Shown here one piece after another: positions 37,040 through 50,290 of a stretch of DNA of 64,000 nucleotides. How positions within the stretch are numbered: the stretch's first letter is position 1; each line of letters opens with the position of its first letter. Made by a program: the position numbers and the translations under genes. The stretch covers positions 36,146,001 to 36,210,000 of the forward strand of contig CM060731.1 in the NCBI GenBank assembly GCA_030704615.1, given 5' to 3'. The DNA comes from Takakia lepidozioides (lineage: Eukaryota; Plantae; Bryophyta). The notes beneath the pieces are model-generated. The model had not been told where the DNA came from and ran no database searches. It was given only the letters and a program-made list of their open reading frames with translations.

Positions 37040-38875
37040 TCACTGGCATGCCTACATGGACATCGTGTCCGCGGTTGTGGGTGCCATCCGTGGAATTGCA
37101 TACAACATCTTTCTGCAAAAGCATGGGGTAACACCACTCAGGTGAGCACAGACTCACGTGAGCAGAGGCTCATCGCTCACGATCTAGCATCCCTGAGTGA
37201 GTTGCATTCCATATTCAACAGGAACACATGTTTGATCTATACGGGTGGCACCAACTTCTCTTCCGGTCTTGCTGGTGATCTTTTTGTGGTCCAGCTTCAT
37301 ATAAGTGGCAAACTTATGAGTATATTTCCTAAGGGTGTTTTTACCGACTGGAGCTTTGCTGAACCAAACTTTCCTTTAGGTCTCCATTTGTTGAGAGGAG
37401 TTAAGAAAAGAGCATGAGGCCCGAGCTCAAATGCTGTCCAACGAGGTCTATGTTCCATAAGAGCTTTGTAGATGACCACCACATCCGAAATATGACACAC
37501 AACATGTGGTCTATGGCTGCCTGTTGAGCATCTTTGAACATCAAGTTTCCAGTTCTTTGATGACGTTTGAGAAAACCTACACACGAGTATAAAGATATGC
37601 ACGACACAAAGTGCACATTGAATGAGGAATGAGGAATTAGCACATCAAGCCATCGCACATAAGTAGAAGTGATATAGAATAATATAACAAGTGACAACAG
37701 TTGACACAAAAGGGAAGGACAACTAGCCTCAAATGAAACATCTACTCTGACAGATCAGGAGATTGAGTCATTTATCTAGAACCGCTTAAAGATCAATTTC
37801 ATATGGTGGAAGTACCTCAAGAACTCGCCATTGATATCCGTAAGGAGATCATCATTAAGAGCTCGAAGTTCAGCGCTCCCACACACGAAAAAATTCCGTG
37901 TTGCGAAATAAGAGAACCCATGATTACAACCTTCAGGGGTATTAATCTGACACTCTGGAAGGCTTAACATAGTGGCCTCTTCTGCAATTGAAAACAAGTC
38001 ATTTTTCTCTATTATTTTGCCAAGACCAACAGCCGAAGAACGATTCTTAGACTGGTATCGAACATCAGTGAAAATGTTGAAAGGGACAGCATGAATCCTA
38101 GCTATCTCAACGATCTTTCGCATCTGTCTAGATCTGATTATCATCCCAATTGCTCGCATCATTGCTTGGATGTTGTTAAAAAATAGGTCCAACACGATAA
38201 ATTGTTGAGGAGGAACGACAACTACTCATCATAAAACAAATCATTTCATTTAATGATGTACTATAATGATGTACTAGATCTATTATACTGTACCTAGTTG
38301 GTGGATACAAAGATCTGTCTTTCTTAATAACTTGTAACATGAAAACAGCGAGCATATTAACAAATGGTTTGACGTCATCATGTTCTGAAAGCTCCTCTAT
38401 TGTTTCTTCTATTCAATATCACCGGCTCGGAATTTGTCCTCTTTAGCGCCTGCCAAGAGAAGACAAGAAAAATGGACTGGCAAGAATGAGAGACCAAACC
38501 AAGCATTTGCACCAGTGAAGGTCTCAGGTTTTCCCCCCAACATGTTGTTGGGTCGGTTGCCGTTGAATTTCCTTCTAGAAATTCCCACCAGTGCTTGTTC
38601 TCAACAAGCCTTGAGATCCTACCCATATGCAAGCAAGCAAATCTGGTAAAATCTCTCATATATCCTCCCATCATTGAAAGCTTTCCGTGCCCAGATTTCA
38701 TTGTGTTTACTCAGGCGCCTTCCACTTTTCTCCACATTGCTCACCTCAGCGATGTCCAGATCTCTGAACCTTGGTTTCTTTTTTTTGTAATTACAGATTC
38801 CTCAGCAGATCTAGGACGTTTGCTTTGAGTTTGAAGAACGCTTGCAGAGGTAATTTGTCGCGTATGTCACAAGAC
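37040..38875 (-). pseudogene. DUF3504/Crypton-type tyrosine recombinase pseudogene (5' part displaced to ~51535-51692 by the CACTA insertion)
   Basis: Across frames: PRFRDL..KHNEIWARKAFND; FNIFTD..GLGK..EEATML..INTPEG..RNFFV(C<R)GSAELRAL..DINGEFLR; SKNWK..YKALMEHRP..ALFLTP; VWFSKAPVGKNTL..KITSKTGR..GATR..VPVEYGMQLT..RDARS. This is the motif order of DUF3504-class YRs. Confidence 0.75.
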
Positions 38876-40057
38876 AATCACTACAACAGATGAGCGTTTT
38901 TATCACTTCACATATGACTATTTTTTCAGTCTTATATGTGTTCATGACTACATCACTCTGTAGTGAAAAAAGCCCTGTCATAGCGACTAGTCTTTAGGAC
39001 TGCGTTTTGCAAGTCATATCCGTGACTGCTTGCGTGGCACCTGGAGTCCTGCTGCAGAGAGGCTTGCAGTCACAACTATATGACTAATATATGACTGCAT
39101 TGTCTGTTGAGCGCTGCTTACATGGAGAGGCTTCAGCAGGACACGTGCGTCACTGCGCAAGCGACACGTCATGCATTCGTCAGGGGATCATATGACTATA
39201 TGTCTGCAAAGTGATGCCTACATGGAGAGGCGACGGATGGACACGTGCGCCACTACGAATTTGACATGTCACGACTTCTTGCCATGATCATATGACTACA
39301 TATCTGCACAGTGATACCTACATGAAGAGGCGTTAGCGGGACATGTGTGCTATGGCAGATTTCACACATGGTGACTACATGACTCGCTCATATGACTACA
39401 GGGATGTCTACATGGAGAGTTGATAGCGGGACACCTGTTGCACTTGAGATGTGACATGTGGCACACAGACAAAATATATGACTAGCAAATATGACTACGG
39501 ATCTTTACACGTGGTGAAAATATGGATAAAGAATGTCGTGTCATATACTGCCACGTGTTCTGGTTTGAGCAAGAGTGATGCCACGCGTCATCAAGATTGT
39601 TTTCCGAAATAGTTTATATTTTCAATGTTCATATTTTATTTTTTAGTTTTTATTTAATATTTAAAAGAACAGGGAGATTGCAGCCTTGGAATTTTTTTTT
39701 TCATGGTATTATTTTTAATATTATTATTTAAAATGAAAGTGAATTAAATGATTTAAAATCTTCATTACATGGTGAAATTCCAACATGAAAACAGAATGGA
39801 TCCCTCCTGCATACTATCAACCACAAGGAGAATGAAAATAGTCAACTACAGGGCAATACAAGCCCTATAAATCACATTACAAAAATCCAAATGAGACCAA
39901 TGTCCCAGTGGATACCTCAAAATCCACAAGGTCAAAACATCCATGCCTCAAAAGGCCCAGCCAAAAACAAGCAAGCCCACACATGGGCTGAATTGTTGTA
40001 GCTAGTATGTTCTAGTGCTATTAGAATCAAGAACTTTGTTAAATAGTGCAATACTGA

Positions 40058-43000
40058 CTATCCCTTCCGCAGCTCCATAAGTTTCAGTAACTTTAGACTC
40101 CAAAGTGTTGTCTGGCCAACCACCTGCCCCAACTCGGTCTGTTTCCTAACACCATTCACATATGGTAGAGGGGTGTTACTGACACATGCCTCTTTGATGT
40201 ACACACAGGCATAATCAAGGGGCACAGCAGGGTACCCGTAACCCACCACAGCACCTTGAAGAGCAACAATCAGCCCTACTCCACATTTCTTGCGTTTGGA
40301 GTTCACATCCAACAGCCGAACCTCGTCACCCACCCTGAACTGTGATCCCAACTCCACACAAAAAAGAACACGATGTGAAAACCCATGACATACACACGAC
40401 TAGGACACTCAACATTTGCGAATTAAAGAGCCCCAAGGTTGGAAAAAATAAAACAAACAAGACAACGGCCTGGACTTACTCCATTTGCAGTCTCCAGTGG
40501 TTGTGAGACCTCTTTTGGGGGGCTACTCGCCGGGTCGACACTCTTGCCCCTCGTCTGTACCGGCTTGTCGACAATATCACCTTTGTTTGTCACAAGTTCC
40601 TGTGTCACAGACCAGAGAACAACCAGGAAAGCAATGAGCAAACAGGAATAGTGAATAGAAACAAAATCCAAGTATGAATCAAACAAAAAAAGCCAACATG
40701 AAAAGCTGCAAAGAAAACCTAGCATTAATCAAGCAACCGAGGAGAAGCATCCAGGAAAGCAATGCAATGAATGAACCCACAAAATTGTAGCCTCTGGAGC
40801 ACTGTCAGAATGTTTGTACCTTCACAGTAGCAGTGTTGTATGGTTGTTGTCCGAAAACAGGCTGAGACTCCAAAAACTTGGGAATACTGGCAGCTTTCGA
40901 TGCCTTCCACAAGAAAGGCCACAACACCTCTGTTAGATACTCATCAGTTGGTGAATCTGGTTGCACCTTCCATGGCTCTGGAAAAATCCCACTGAAGGGA
41001 GGATTGTTTGCCGCCTTTCTTGGTGTGTCGTCAACAAGAACAGTGTCCTCATAAGTCCATTCTGGCCAGTCTGCCCACACTGTAGACAAGTTCTTGAAAT
41101 ATAATGGCTTTGAATCAGACCCTTACGGCATGGGAGGACTGGATCCTCGTCACAGTGAAGGGCATCCCACTGGAAAACCAGTTAGTGTGGGCTGCAAAAA
41201 TATAGTCCACCATTGGGAAGAAGTTGCGAGCTTGGCAACAAGACCACACCGCCACCTCAAAGTGTTCAAAACACTTTTGCAAAAAGTCATAACAGCGTGG
41301 TCTCAAAACTACCATCTTCTTGCCACACATCTTCCCCACAAAACCTTTGGGAAGGGATGCAGGCCCATTAGCAGAATGAAAAGATTCACATAACAGACCA
41401 TTTAAGTCCAGAATTAGTAAATGCTTCCTCGTTGGTCCAGGAAGTAAACTGACATTTGGCTTCAACATGTGAGCAGGAGAAATTAAAGCAACCTGCTTGT
41501 TTGTTTTGTCCCCGTCTGCATCTTCCTCCCCATTTAAACTCCCACATACCTGCATACCAGAATCCGGTGTGCCCGGCGGCTCTGTCACCATTGCCCCCTG
41601 GACTGCTACTGCCTTTGTACGTGGCAAGGGCTGAATTTCCACGTGTACCTCACAGCTGGCCTTCCCTGTATCCTGCTGCTGCTCGGTCAAATTCAAAAGA
41701 TCATCAGTGACAGGAAGACATAAGGGCTTAGAGTGAGCACCAGTTACCGTCTGAAATTGGGATTCCAAACATTTTGATACTGTCACAGCAGACGTATCCA
41801 TCGTAGATGTCACTGGTCCTGCGCCTGGTAGATTAATCCCCAATCTGGTCACAATGGCTTTCTGGTACTCAATCATACTCTGCATCTGTAATTTTAATTC
41901 TGCCATGTCACGTCCTTGTGATTCCACCAGTTTGTCCAAGCCATCCATCCTGCCAACTACTGTAGAATATGCGAGACTTCCCTCCTGCCAATCCATGAAA
42001 ACTTGCCCAAGTATGAATCAAACCAAAAAAACCTAGCATGAACAACCATTGGAAAGAAAACCCAGGCCAAAAGCCTTGAAAAAAACCCTAGCAACCTATG
42101 ATGCAGCAACCACTCTAGCAAACGTGGAAAACACACTTACCCGCCTGTCACTCCCAGCTGACAACCGTGACACTGAACCCTCTTGAATTTCATATAATGT
42201 AGGAGGGCACCCTGATAGTGTTTCCTACAAATTAATCCATGCCACAAACAAACCCATGCCACAAGTCAGTAAGCAATGTGAGGGCTGACTATATACACAT
42301 AGCAATTCAATGAGGAACAAAATACAGAGTCGTGATGATGCCACTTACCAAGCGTGCTTCCACCATTGCCTTCCCACCACGGCCAGTCTTGGTAGGATTC
42401 AGAATTGCACCATTTGCCTTCTTCATGTTGCCCGACACTTTGTGGAACACCTCTGTCTGCCAGTAACTTACAAGCTTGTTCCATACCTCGTCAGATACAG
42501 TAATGGGTTTCCCCTTACCACCCAACCACGCAGTGTGTGCTTCATAACGCTGGCTCTTCATTATTCTGCCAATTGTTTGTTTTAGGTGGAAGTCTTTTAA
42601 CTTGTGTGGCGTATATGAAAATAGCTTAGCCAGGTGATCTCTGATTTCGTATACAACTTCATCAGGTTGGTTGTTGATGGCAAGGGAACAATCTAGCTTG
42701 CGATAAGCCTGTCCTTTAAGGGCAGCGTGCCATACATTCCGGGTCTGACCATACGGGGCTCCTTTGAGGTTCGTCAAAATCACCGTGGGAGGAAGACCTG
42801 CAGCTATTCTCTCTTCCTTCACCTTGGCAGCTTCAATTTTGGCTGAGCTATTAGCCCTCCTTAAAGCATTGGTTCTATCATTCTTTGAAACGGCACCCTC
42901 CCCTCCTTCAGAGACCTCCGTGCGCTCAGGAGAATTCAAAGCAGGATCCTGCCAAGTAGGGACTGGTGGCCATGGCTGTTGGCCAGAAGGCCGAGGACCA

Positions 43001-44339
43001 TACTGGCCATACTGTCCATAAGCAGGAGGATATTCCGGTGGCCTGCCACCCCCATAGCTATTAGGGGGTGGCAAATATGGTGGAGGAGGATACTGGCCAT
43101 ACTGCCCATATGGAGGAGCACCATATTGACCCTGACCATACTGAGTGCCAGACTGTGGGTACTGAGGCATACCATAATAAGGTGGGGGTACTGGTGGCAC
43201 AGAACCCACAACGATGGGAGAGTTAGGGCCACCTCCTGCGTTCTTGTGGGCGCCATCTCCATTGCTAGCAGCAGGGATCGTGGATCCAGTGCGCTTGTGC
43301 TTGCCCTGAAAAGAAATTCCCCCAGTACAATGTGGGTGATTACACATACATATAGGCAGCAAGCAGCAAATCCTTGAATTCAATATAACAAACTGGAAGC
43401 ACATATCATTTGTAAAGACAAGATTACCCAAAACTCAGTATGATCTTGGGCAGTAAATCTCCCAAATTTGATTGGCCCCAATGATGTCCTCCCAGTACAT
43501 TTTTGAGCCCTCTTAGGTATGGGGTGTTCCTGAAATCCATAGCAAGAATTCAAATGGACAAACCTGATGGGTCCATGAGAAGTATCCCTCCAAGTTTTAC
43601 TGATATTCTGGGTGCATAAGTAACCCAAGTATCTCTATAAGTAGCCATTGTAGCTTAGTACCAGGACGTTGGTTTCATGGGGCAAAGAATTTGAACACAC
43701 CTGAAGTCTACATTGGCCTGACATCATGCCTTTGGCACTTCAACTTGTCTAGTGGAAATCATTTGTGATTGTGCCTTGGCTGACCCCTGCATTGTCCAAC
43801 TTCCCTGTCTTGACAGACATACCCTATCTCTTCATGATCTTACCATACCCTATCTCTTCGTGATTTTACCAAAAACATACATAATTTGAATCATGGTCAT
43901 TGTGAAGAACTATAACTCACAGACGGAGAAGGTGTTCGTAGTGTAGATGATGGGCGTTTTTGTCCTGCGACATGAGCATGGGCATGTTCTCCTCGGCTTG
44001 CCGTGGCATCCGCCGACGACGCACTCGCCTCGCACTGGCGTGGGAGGAGTGGATCGTCCTCATCGTCCTCAGAAGAGCCCTCATGCAGAATCGTAGTCTT
44101 CATCGTCTTCAGTCTGGCACTTTGCCTTGCAGGACCTTGATCCCTAGCTTTTTCCTTCGGAGCGCGTGGCTTGCGAGGGCGATTCGCTCCCGCAAGCCTG
44201 CACAAACACCTCCATGACCTCCCTCTCAAACAATCACAAACAAATGCAAGCATACATACCCTAATACTCTTAAGCCTACGCTGAACCACAGCCGCACCCT
44301 ACCAGGACGTAATGGCTGCCCACGAATGACGGCGGACAT
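40058..44339 (-). pseudogene. CACTA TnpA-like multi-exon gene: Pro/Tyr/Gln-rich linker, Ptta/Transposase_24-like region, FCP1/NIF-like HAD domain, C-terminal Tnp1/En/Spm-like domain; frameshifted
   Basis: Putative exons 44339-44303, ~44198-43920, ~43306-42348, ~42225-42141, ~42000-40818, ~40600-40470, ~40350-40058. Motifs: WNKLVSYWQT..KKAN..TGRGG; HLLILDLNGLL, LRP..DFL..CFEHFEVAVWS, KPLYFKNL..VW, TVLVDDTPRKA..NP; VPLDYACVYI..TPLPY..LGQVVG..TLW. Confidence 0.72.
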
Positions 44340-44800
44340 CTCCCGCCTAATGACACACCCTCCTCAAACCTAATCGTCACTCACTGCATGTTGTTTGCCT
44401 CTCTGTTTGTACAAGTCGCAGCTACTCGCCCCCATTTGTGCTATGAAGCTTATGATCGCTGTAGGAAGGTTAGAGGATAAGGCGAATCGCAAGTTTAGTG
44501 GGTGGGTATCCAAAGTCAGGAACTAAACTCACCCATCTATCGACTGCTTGAACGTTGCTTCCACCTCCTTTATGGCAGCAATCCGGCGCTCTCGGAACTT
44601 CTCGTACTCAGTGAGAGGGACTGTCACTTCGAAGACCTTCCGCTTCACCATGGACACTCAGAAACGATACTTATAGTATACTATAGATATAGAAATAGCA
44701 CATTGGCAGCTGGTGCAAAACTAGAGACAATGCACTGTGCGTAGCATGCAAAGAGGGAAGGGGTGACGTTCAAAGCATGTACAGTGCAGGTGGCGACCGG

Positions 44801-47800
44801 ATGCGTAGGCGTAGAATAGATGACCGTCTATGGCGAATGGAAGAAGCTTATGCCACAAGGAATGGGCATACAAAAATGCTATGCAACTGCGATGAGTGTC
44901 ATGGAGGAAAAGTACTGTTGTTGGAAACAGTGAGGAATCATTACATGATACACGGGAGGGATCCTCTTCTCCAACGCTGTTCTCTTCCGGTAAGATCGTC
45001 ACTTTCCCTTCAGCACTTTAGTTTGAATTTTGAATGCAACGATCCTCTTCTCCACATGTCGACATTTCGTTGGGTGATTGTAGTCAAGAAGTCATAAGAT
45101 ACAGACGTGACTATGACTACGCCACTTCCGTTATCACTTTAATTAATGCACATGTCGTGTTTTCATTGGTCATGTGTAGTCATGTAGTCATATATGACTA
45201 AGTAAGTGACTGCAACTATGACTTCAATGGTTACAAATGTCGTGTTTTGATTGGGTGTATATTCATAAGATACATACGTAAATATGACTGCATCACTGCA
45301 ACGTCACCGTGCCTCCTATGTCATAATATGAACAAGTGTCACATCGTTGTTGGTCCACTCACAAGATGACTATTGGGATGCAGGGATGTGAATATTCAGA
45401 TGATGAAGACGAAGGCCCTGCGGCACAGCGGGAGCCCAATGTCACAGAGAACGCAGATGAGAGTGGTGGATTGGAGGTAGAAATGCAGCGTGCATTGCAG
45501 GAAGCGTTTCTCTTTGCAGATGCAAACAGAGAGGACCCCATTCATGGTGGAACCGATCACACATTTGCCGATCATGACGATGATCTCGACGATTCCGGAG
45601 ACAATGAATTTGATGAGAATGCTCACCTGCACGTTGATCCCGAGTATGATAAACTCTTCCGACAGTCGCAATGTCCACTTTTTGAAGGGTGCTCCATCAG
45701 CCGGCTGCAAGCAACTTTGACGTTGCTGAACGCATGCACTACCCACAAGTGCACCAATGCATTTGTGGATGAGCTTCTGGGATTGTTGCGTAAGAGTTTT
45801 TTGCCTAAAGAGAATTCATTGCCGAAAACTCACTATGAAGCAAAAACCATGATTGCCAAGATGGGATTGCAGTACACCATGATTCATGCCTGTGAGGTGT
45901 ACTCTTCCGTGGGGAGTATGAGAATGTAGACATTTGCCCAGTGTGCCGCAGTTCCCGTTACATTCCAGGTCGTGGAAGTGTGCCCAAGAAAGTATTGCGA
46001 CACTTCCCTGTCATTCCAAGGTTGAAACGTATGTACCGATGTAAATCGATCGCTAACCTCATGACATGGCACGACAGACATAAGAGCCAGGATGGGTTGG
46101 TTCGACATCCAGCTGATAGCAAAGCATGGAGACACATTGACACCACATTTGAGGATTTTGCTGCAGAGCCACGATCTCTGCGATTTGGATTGGCCTTAGA
46201 CGGTGTAAATCCCTACGGAGCTCAATCCACAAGTTGGAGCACATGGCCCGTTCTCTTGGTCAATTACAATCTGCCTCCGTGGTTAATGACCAAAAAGTTC
46301 TTTGTCATGTTAGCGCTACTGATTCCTGGTAAGGAGTCTGTTACCTCGGACAACGTAGATGTTTACCTGATGCCCCTAGTGGAAGAGCTACTGGAACTAT
46401 GGAGAGGGATTGCAGCTCATGATGTTTTCCGTCCTCGTGGTCAACGCGAATTCACACTGAGGGCAGTGTTGATGTGGTCAATCCATGACTACCCTGCATA
46501 TGGCTTGCTCTCAGGTCAAGTGACGAAAGGTTATGCTGGTTGTCCAGCTTGTGGACCCGGGGTGACTTCACAGCAGTTACACACATGTGGAAAAATTGTT
46601 TTCCTAGGCCACCGAAGATTTTTGGCCCGCAATCATCCATATAGAAGGTCAAGAATGTTCAATGGCGCTACTGAGCATGGAACTCCTCCAAAAACGCAGA
46701 CTGGAACACAAATCAAGGAGCTTGCAACAGCTCGCACTGCATGGGTGGAAAACGGAGGGACGCCAGATAGCAGGACAGACCCAGCAAAAACTCATGGAGT
46801 TAAGCGATTGTCAATTTTATATGTCTTACCTTATTGGGAGGTAATTCCTTCATGGCCTTTAAATTGGCTGTGTACATTTTTGCGTTTTCTGTTTAAATTG
46901 TGATGAGTAAATGCTCAATTGCTTATGTGTTCATTTTGTAGGGTCTCCTCATCCGCCACACGTTTGACGCAATGCATTGCGAGAAGAACTTGGCTGAAAA
47001 TATTATTAAAACTATCTTTGGTGAGAAAGACACATTGAAAGTTCGCCGTGATTTGGAGCTACTTGGGATGCGCCCGGAATTGTGGCTACAACGTGATCCT
47101 GACAGAGCAGATACGTTAATTATGCCTCCTGCCCCTTATGTCCTCACTGAGGCTGAGTTACAAGTCTTTCTGGAGATTGTGCAGAACTTGAAAGTGCCAA
47201 CAGGCTACGCATCAGCTTTCAAAAAACATGTGGTGAAGAAGAAGTTGTCTGGCATGAAATCACATGACTATCATGTGCTCATGCTATACCGCTTGCTATC
47301 CGTGGGCTCATGCCAAGTGGTCCTCGAAGGGCCATTTTGCGAGTATGTCGTGTATTTAAGAAGTTGTGTGCAAAAGTGGTGAATCCTGTAGAGTATGAGG
47401 AATTGAGAACTGAAGCAGTTCTCACTCTGTGTCTTATAGAGAAGGAGTTCCCACCATCATTTTTTGATGTGATGACACATCTGGTGTTCACCTAGTGGAT
47501 GAGTTGTACTTATGCGGGCCCGTAGCATCTCGTTGGATGTACCCCATGGAGCGGGCAATGAAAGATATGAAGGGCTACGTAAGAAACATGGCAAGGCCCG
47601 AGGGGAGCATGGCAGAAGGATACCAATTTGAAGAAGCATTGGGTTTTTGCACAGAGTATATGGCAGGATTTGATGAAAGTGTACGAAGGGTGTGGGATGC
47701 AGATGAGGCAGAATCTGTGGAACGTGAAGTTGTGGAAGGAAGTTCTAAAGCCCAAAATTGAATGACCTGTGTGATATTGTACATGAGTACATCATTCAGA

Positions 47801-48912
47801 ACCATCCTCGTCTATCAGTCATGTTGGGGTAAGAAATCTACTTCATTGACATTCAGATTTCCAAGTTTTAGTCATTTATCATTAGTTGGCATATGGCGTC
47901 TTTTCAAATCTCCCACGCCACCTCTGTCAATCTCCTGGCTGACCCTCGGATTGTGACAGGATATATGAAGCAGAGTCCACACGGATAGAAGCCAGACGAC
48001 GCTTGTTTCGTGAGGAGCAAGGGCTGGAAGGCATGAGCAATCCCACGGCAATTCAGTACCCTCCTGATTTGCATCCTTGTCCTCCATTTGCTGTTTGGCT
48101 CCCTCAAGGTGTACGGGATCATCTCTCAATTCAATCAGATGGGCTTGATCCTACAACACGTGAGGAATTACTGGATCTTTCAAGGCCTCCATCATTTACT
48201 GCCCTGTCATTCAAGAGTATGACAGCGTATGGTAACCATTACAGGGTTACATCCCCTAGCATGAACACAACAAGTATGGTGTCTTTTGATTGTGGAGTCT
48301 CATCTGTTTTCCAGCACCAGCCCATTACCAACAATTCAGGCAATGACATGGAGGAACCTACAAGATATGTGGGTCTTATAAGGGAGATTTTGCAAATTGA
48401 CTATGGCCAAAACATAGCCTATAGTGTTTTTGTGTTCGTGGGTACGGGCGAGTCGCGTGGGTCGTCAACCTATGTCAATGAAGCAGGATGATGCTGGCTT
48501 CACACTTGTCAATTTTAACCGTATGCTTCCACCTTCTGAGCAACCTTTTGTGTTTCCTGGCCAGGTTGATCAAGTGTTTTTTTCTGATTGTGTGAAGGAG
48601 CCGGGGTGGAAAGTCATCCTGGAGAAGAGCCCCCGAGCACGTAGAGTGGTCTGCGACATATCAATTGATAATGATGATGTGGCGGAAGTGGAAGGATTGT
48701 TAGCCCCAAAGACTAGAGGAGACTCTGATTACTGATGGCCCAACATGCAGCCGAGCGGTACCGGTTACTCTAGAGCAGGTGGCCTCCTTGTACCTCCGAG
48801 CACCCCGTATACGTGGTGATGATGTTCAGCCAACCCTTGGACAAGATCAAGTCTGTGATGAAGACAGTGATACATGTAGTGACCCAGACATAGATGAGGA
48901 TGATGAAGATTA
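44801..48912 (+). pseudogene. CACTA TnpD (Tnp2) transposase, frameshifted; exons ~44801-44989, 45384-46840, 46942-47828, 47960-48912
   Basis: Transposase-associated Zn motif (CNCDEC..VRNHYMIHG), Transposase_21 core (RHPADSKAW, GLALDGVNP, STWPVLLVNYNLPPW, HDYPA), MHCEKN, MKSHDYHV, FPPSFFDVMTHL, RWMYPMER..RPEGSMAEGY, QPFVFPGQVDQVFF. Confidence 0.95.
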
Positions 48913-49039
48913 GATATGCGCGATTTGTGCACTCCAGTTATAGACCATGCATGATAGTTTAAGGTGGTAACACTCCCTTCGCATTCCCATTAAGATATCA
49001 TGCTTGGACACTGGATTTTATGATCAATTATGGAGTGCT

Positions 49040-50290
49040 TTCCTTTCAGCACCCTTTATTCATTTGTTGTTGCAATTGGCTTTGGACCAACCCGTGCTGG
49101 TACCATTGCCATGGGTTCTGCCTGCAATGTTTTCTTGCCATGGATTCGGCACACGCCACGAAAGGCCATCAGACCATCCTCTGGAAATGCTCCAATGTTG
49201 TTTCAAACATCTCCACATTGCAATGGATACAACACTGACATTAGATGAGTGAAAGTGAGACTAGACCTCCAGCCAGCCGGCTTTCCCACATCAAATTGAA
49301 GGGGATCTGTAGATTATAGATAACGGCTGTTGCCTTCTCAATGTCTTTTCCAATCACCTCTGCAATGAACTGGGGTATAAGATCCTTCAAATCACAAGTT
49401 TGAGCATCACGCACAAGCCACTTACGGGGATAGAGTTTCCAATGCGAACCATTGGTCTTTTATTGATAGCATTGTTGTAAAATACATGGACCAACATGGT
49501 CAATTTCGGGAATGACATATAGTACGCTTTCATGTACTATGTAAGCATGCAACTATGTACCAGTGACGTGGCTTGTTCGCCACTTAACCTGTTTGCCCAT
49601 TCAGCCAGCTCCACATTGTCATGGATTTTGCATGCTGGATTGTGAGGCCATCCACACCGTCCTCTGGAAATGCTATCATGGGGTTTCAGCTATGTCCACA
49701 TTTCCTTGGATTATGCCTGCACGAAGCAAGGCCAACTGCATTCAGCACCCTCCACTTTATTATAGTATTGCAGCAACATTCAAAGCACTTCAATTTGTAT
49801 CCATCGAAAACATCTAGGCTGGAAAAAGACATTGTTGCAGCAGAACTTAGGAAAGTACTTCTCCCCTTCCACTACACACGTGAAATGAAAGAAGCCAACC
49901 AACAGCATACCAGCCAAGAAAATATGAAACCAGCCAAGAAAAGAGCCAATATATGCAGTGAAGGTCGACACTAAATGAAACTTATCCAACACTTACATTA
50001 GAGGAGGGAAGCTAAGTCTTACCTCCATAAGCTTGCCCACATCAAATTTGGGAGCTTTCAGAATTTTTCCTTTCCGGTTGAAAGAACTTGGCTACAAGAT
50101 CCTTCAAATCACAAGTTTGAGCTTCACACACAATGAACTTGCAGGGATTGAGCTTCCAATGCGAACCAGGAGTCTTATATTGATAGCATTGTTGTAAAAC
50201 ACATGGACCAACAATGACAGTCTCTGGAATGACATATAGTACAGTAATGACATATAGTACAGCATGCCGCTTCCAGTTGACCATCTACCC
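49040..50290 (-). repeat. Diverged tandem duplication of a decayed coding module inside the CACTA
   Basis: 49375-49520 and 50093-50240 share ACAAGATCCTTCAAATCACAAGTTTGAGC..TTCCAATGCGAACCA..TATTGATAGCATTGTTGTAAAA; the minus strand reads VGPC(I/V)LQQCYQ.KT.GSHWKL.P.K..V..AQTCDLKDL in both. Confidence 0.8.

Noticed and set aside
37040-38875. DIRS retrotransposon or bacterial integrase contamination
   Set aside because: No adjacent RT/RNase H or split repeats; probable introns and a nested plant CACTA argue for a nuclear Crypton-like element.
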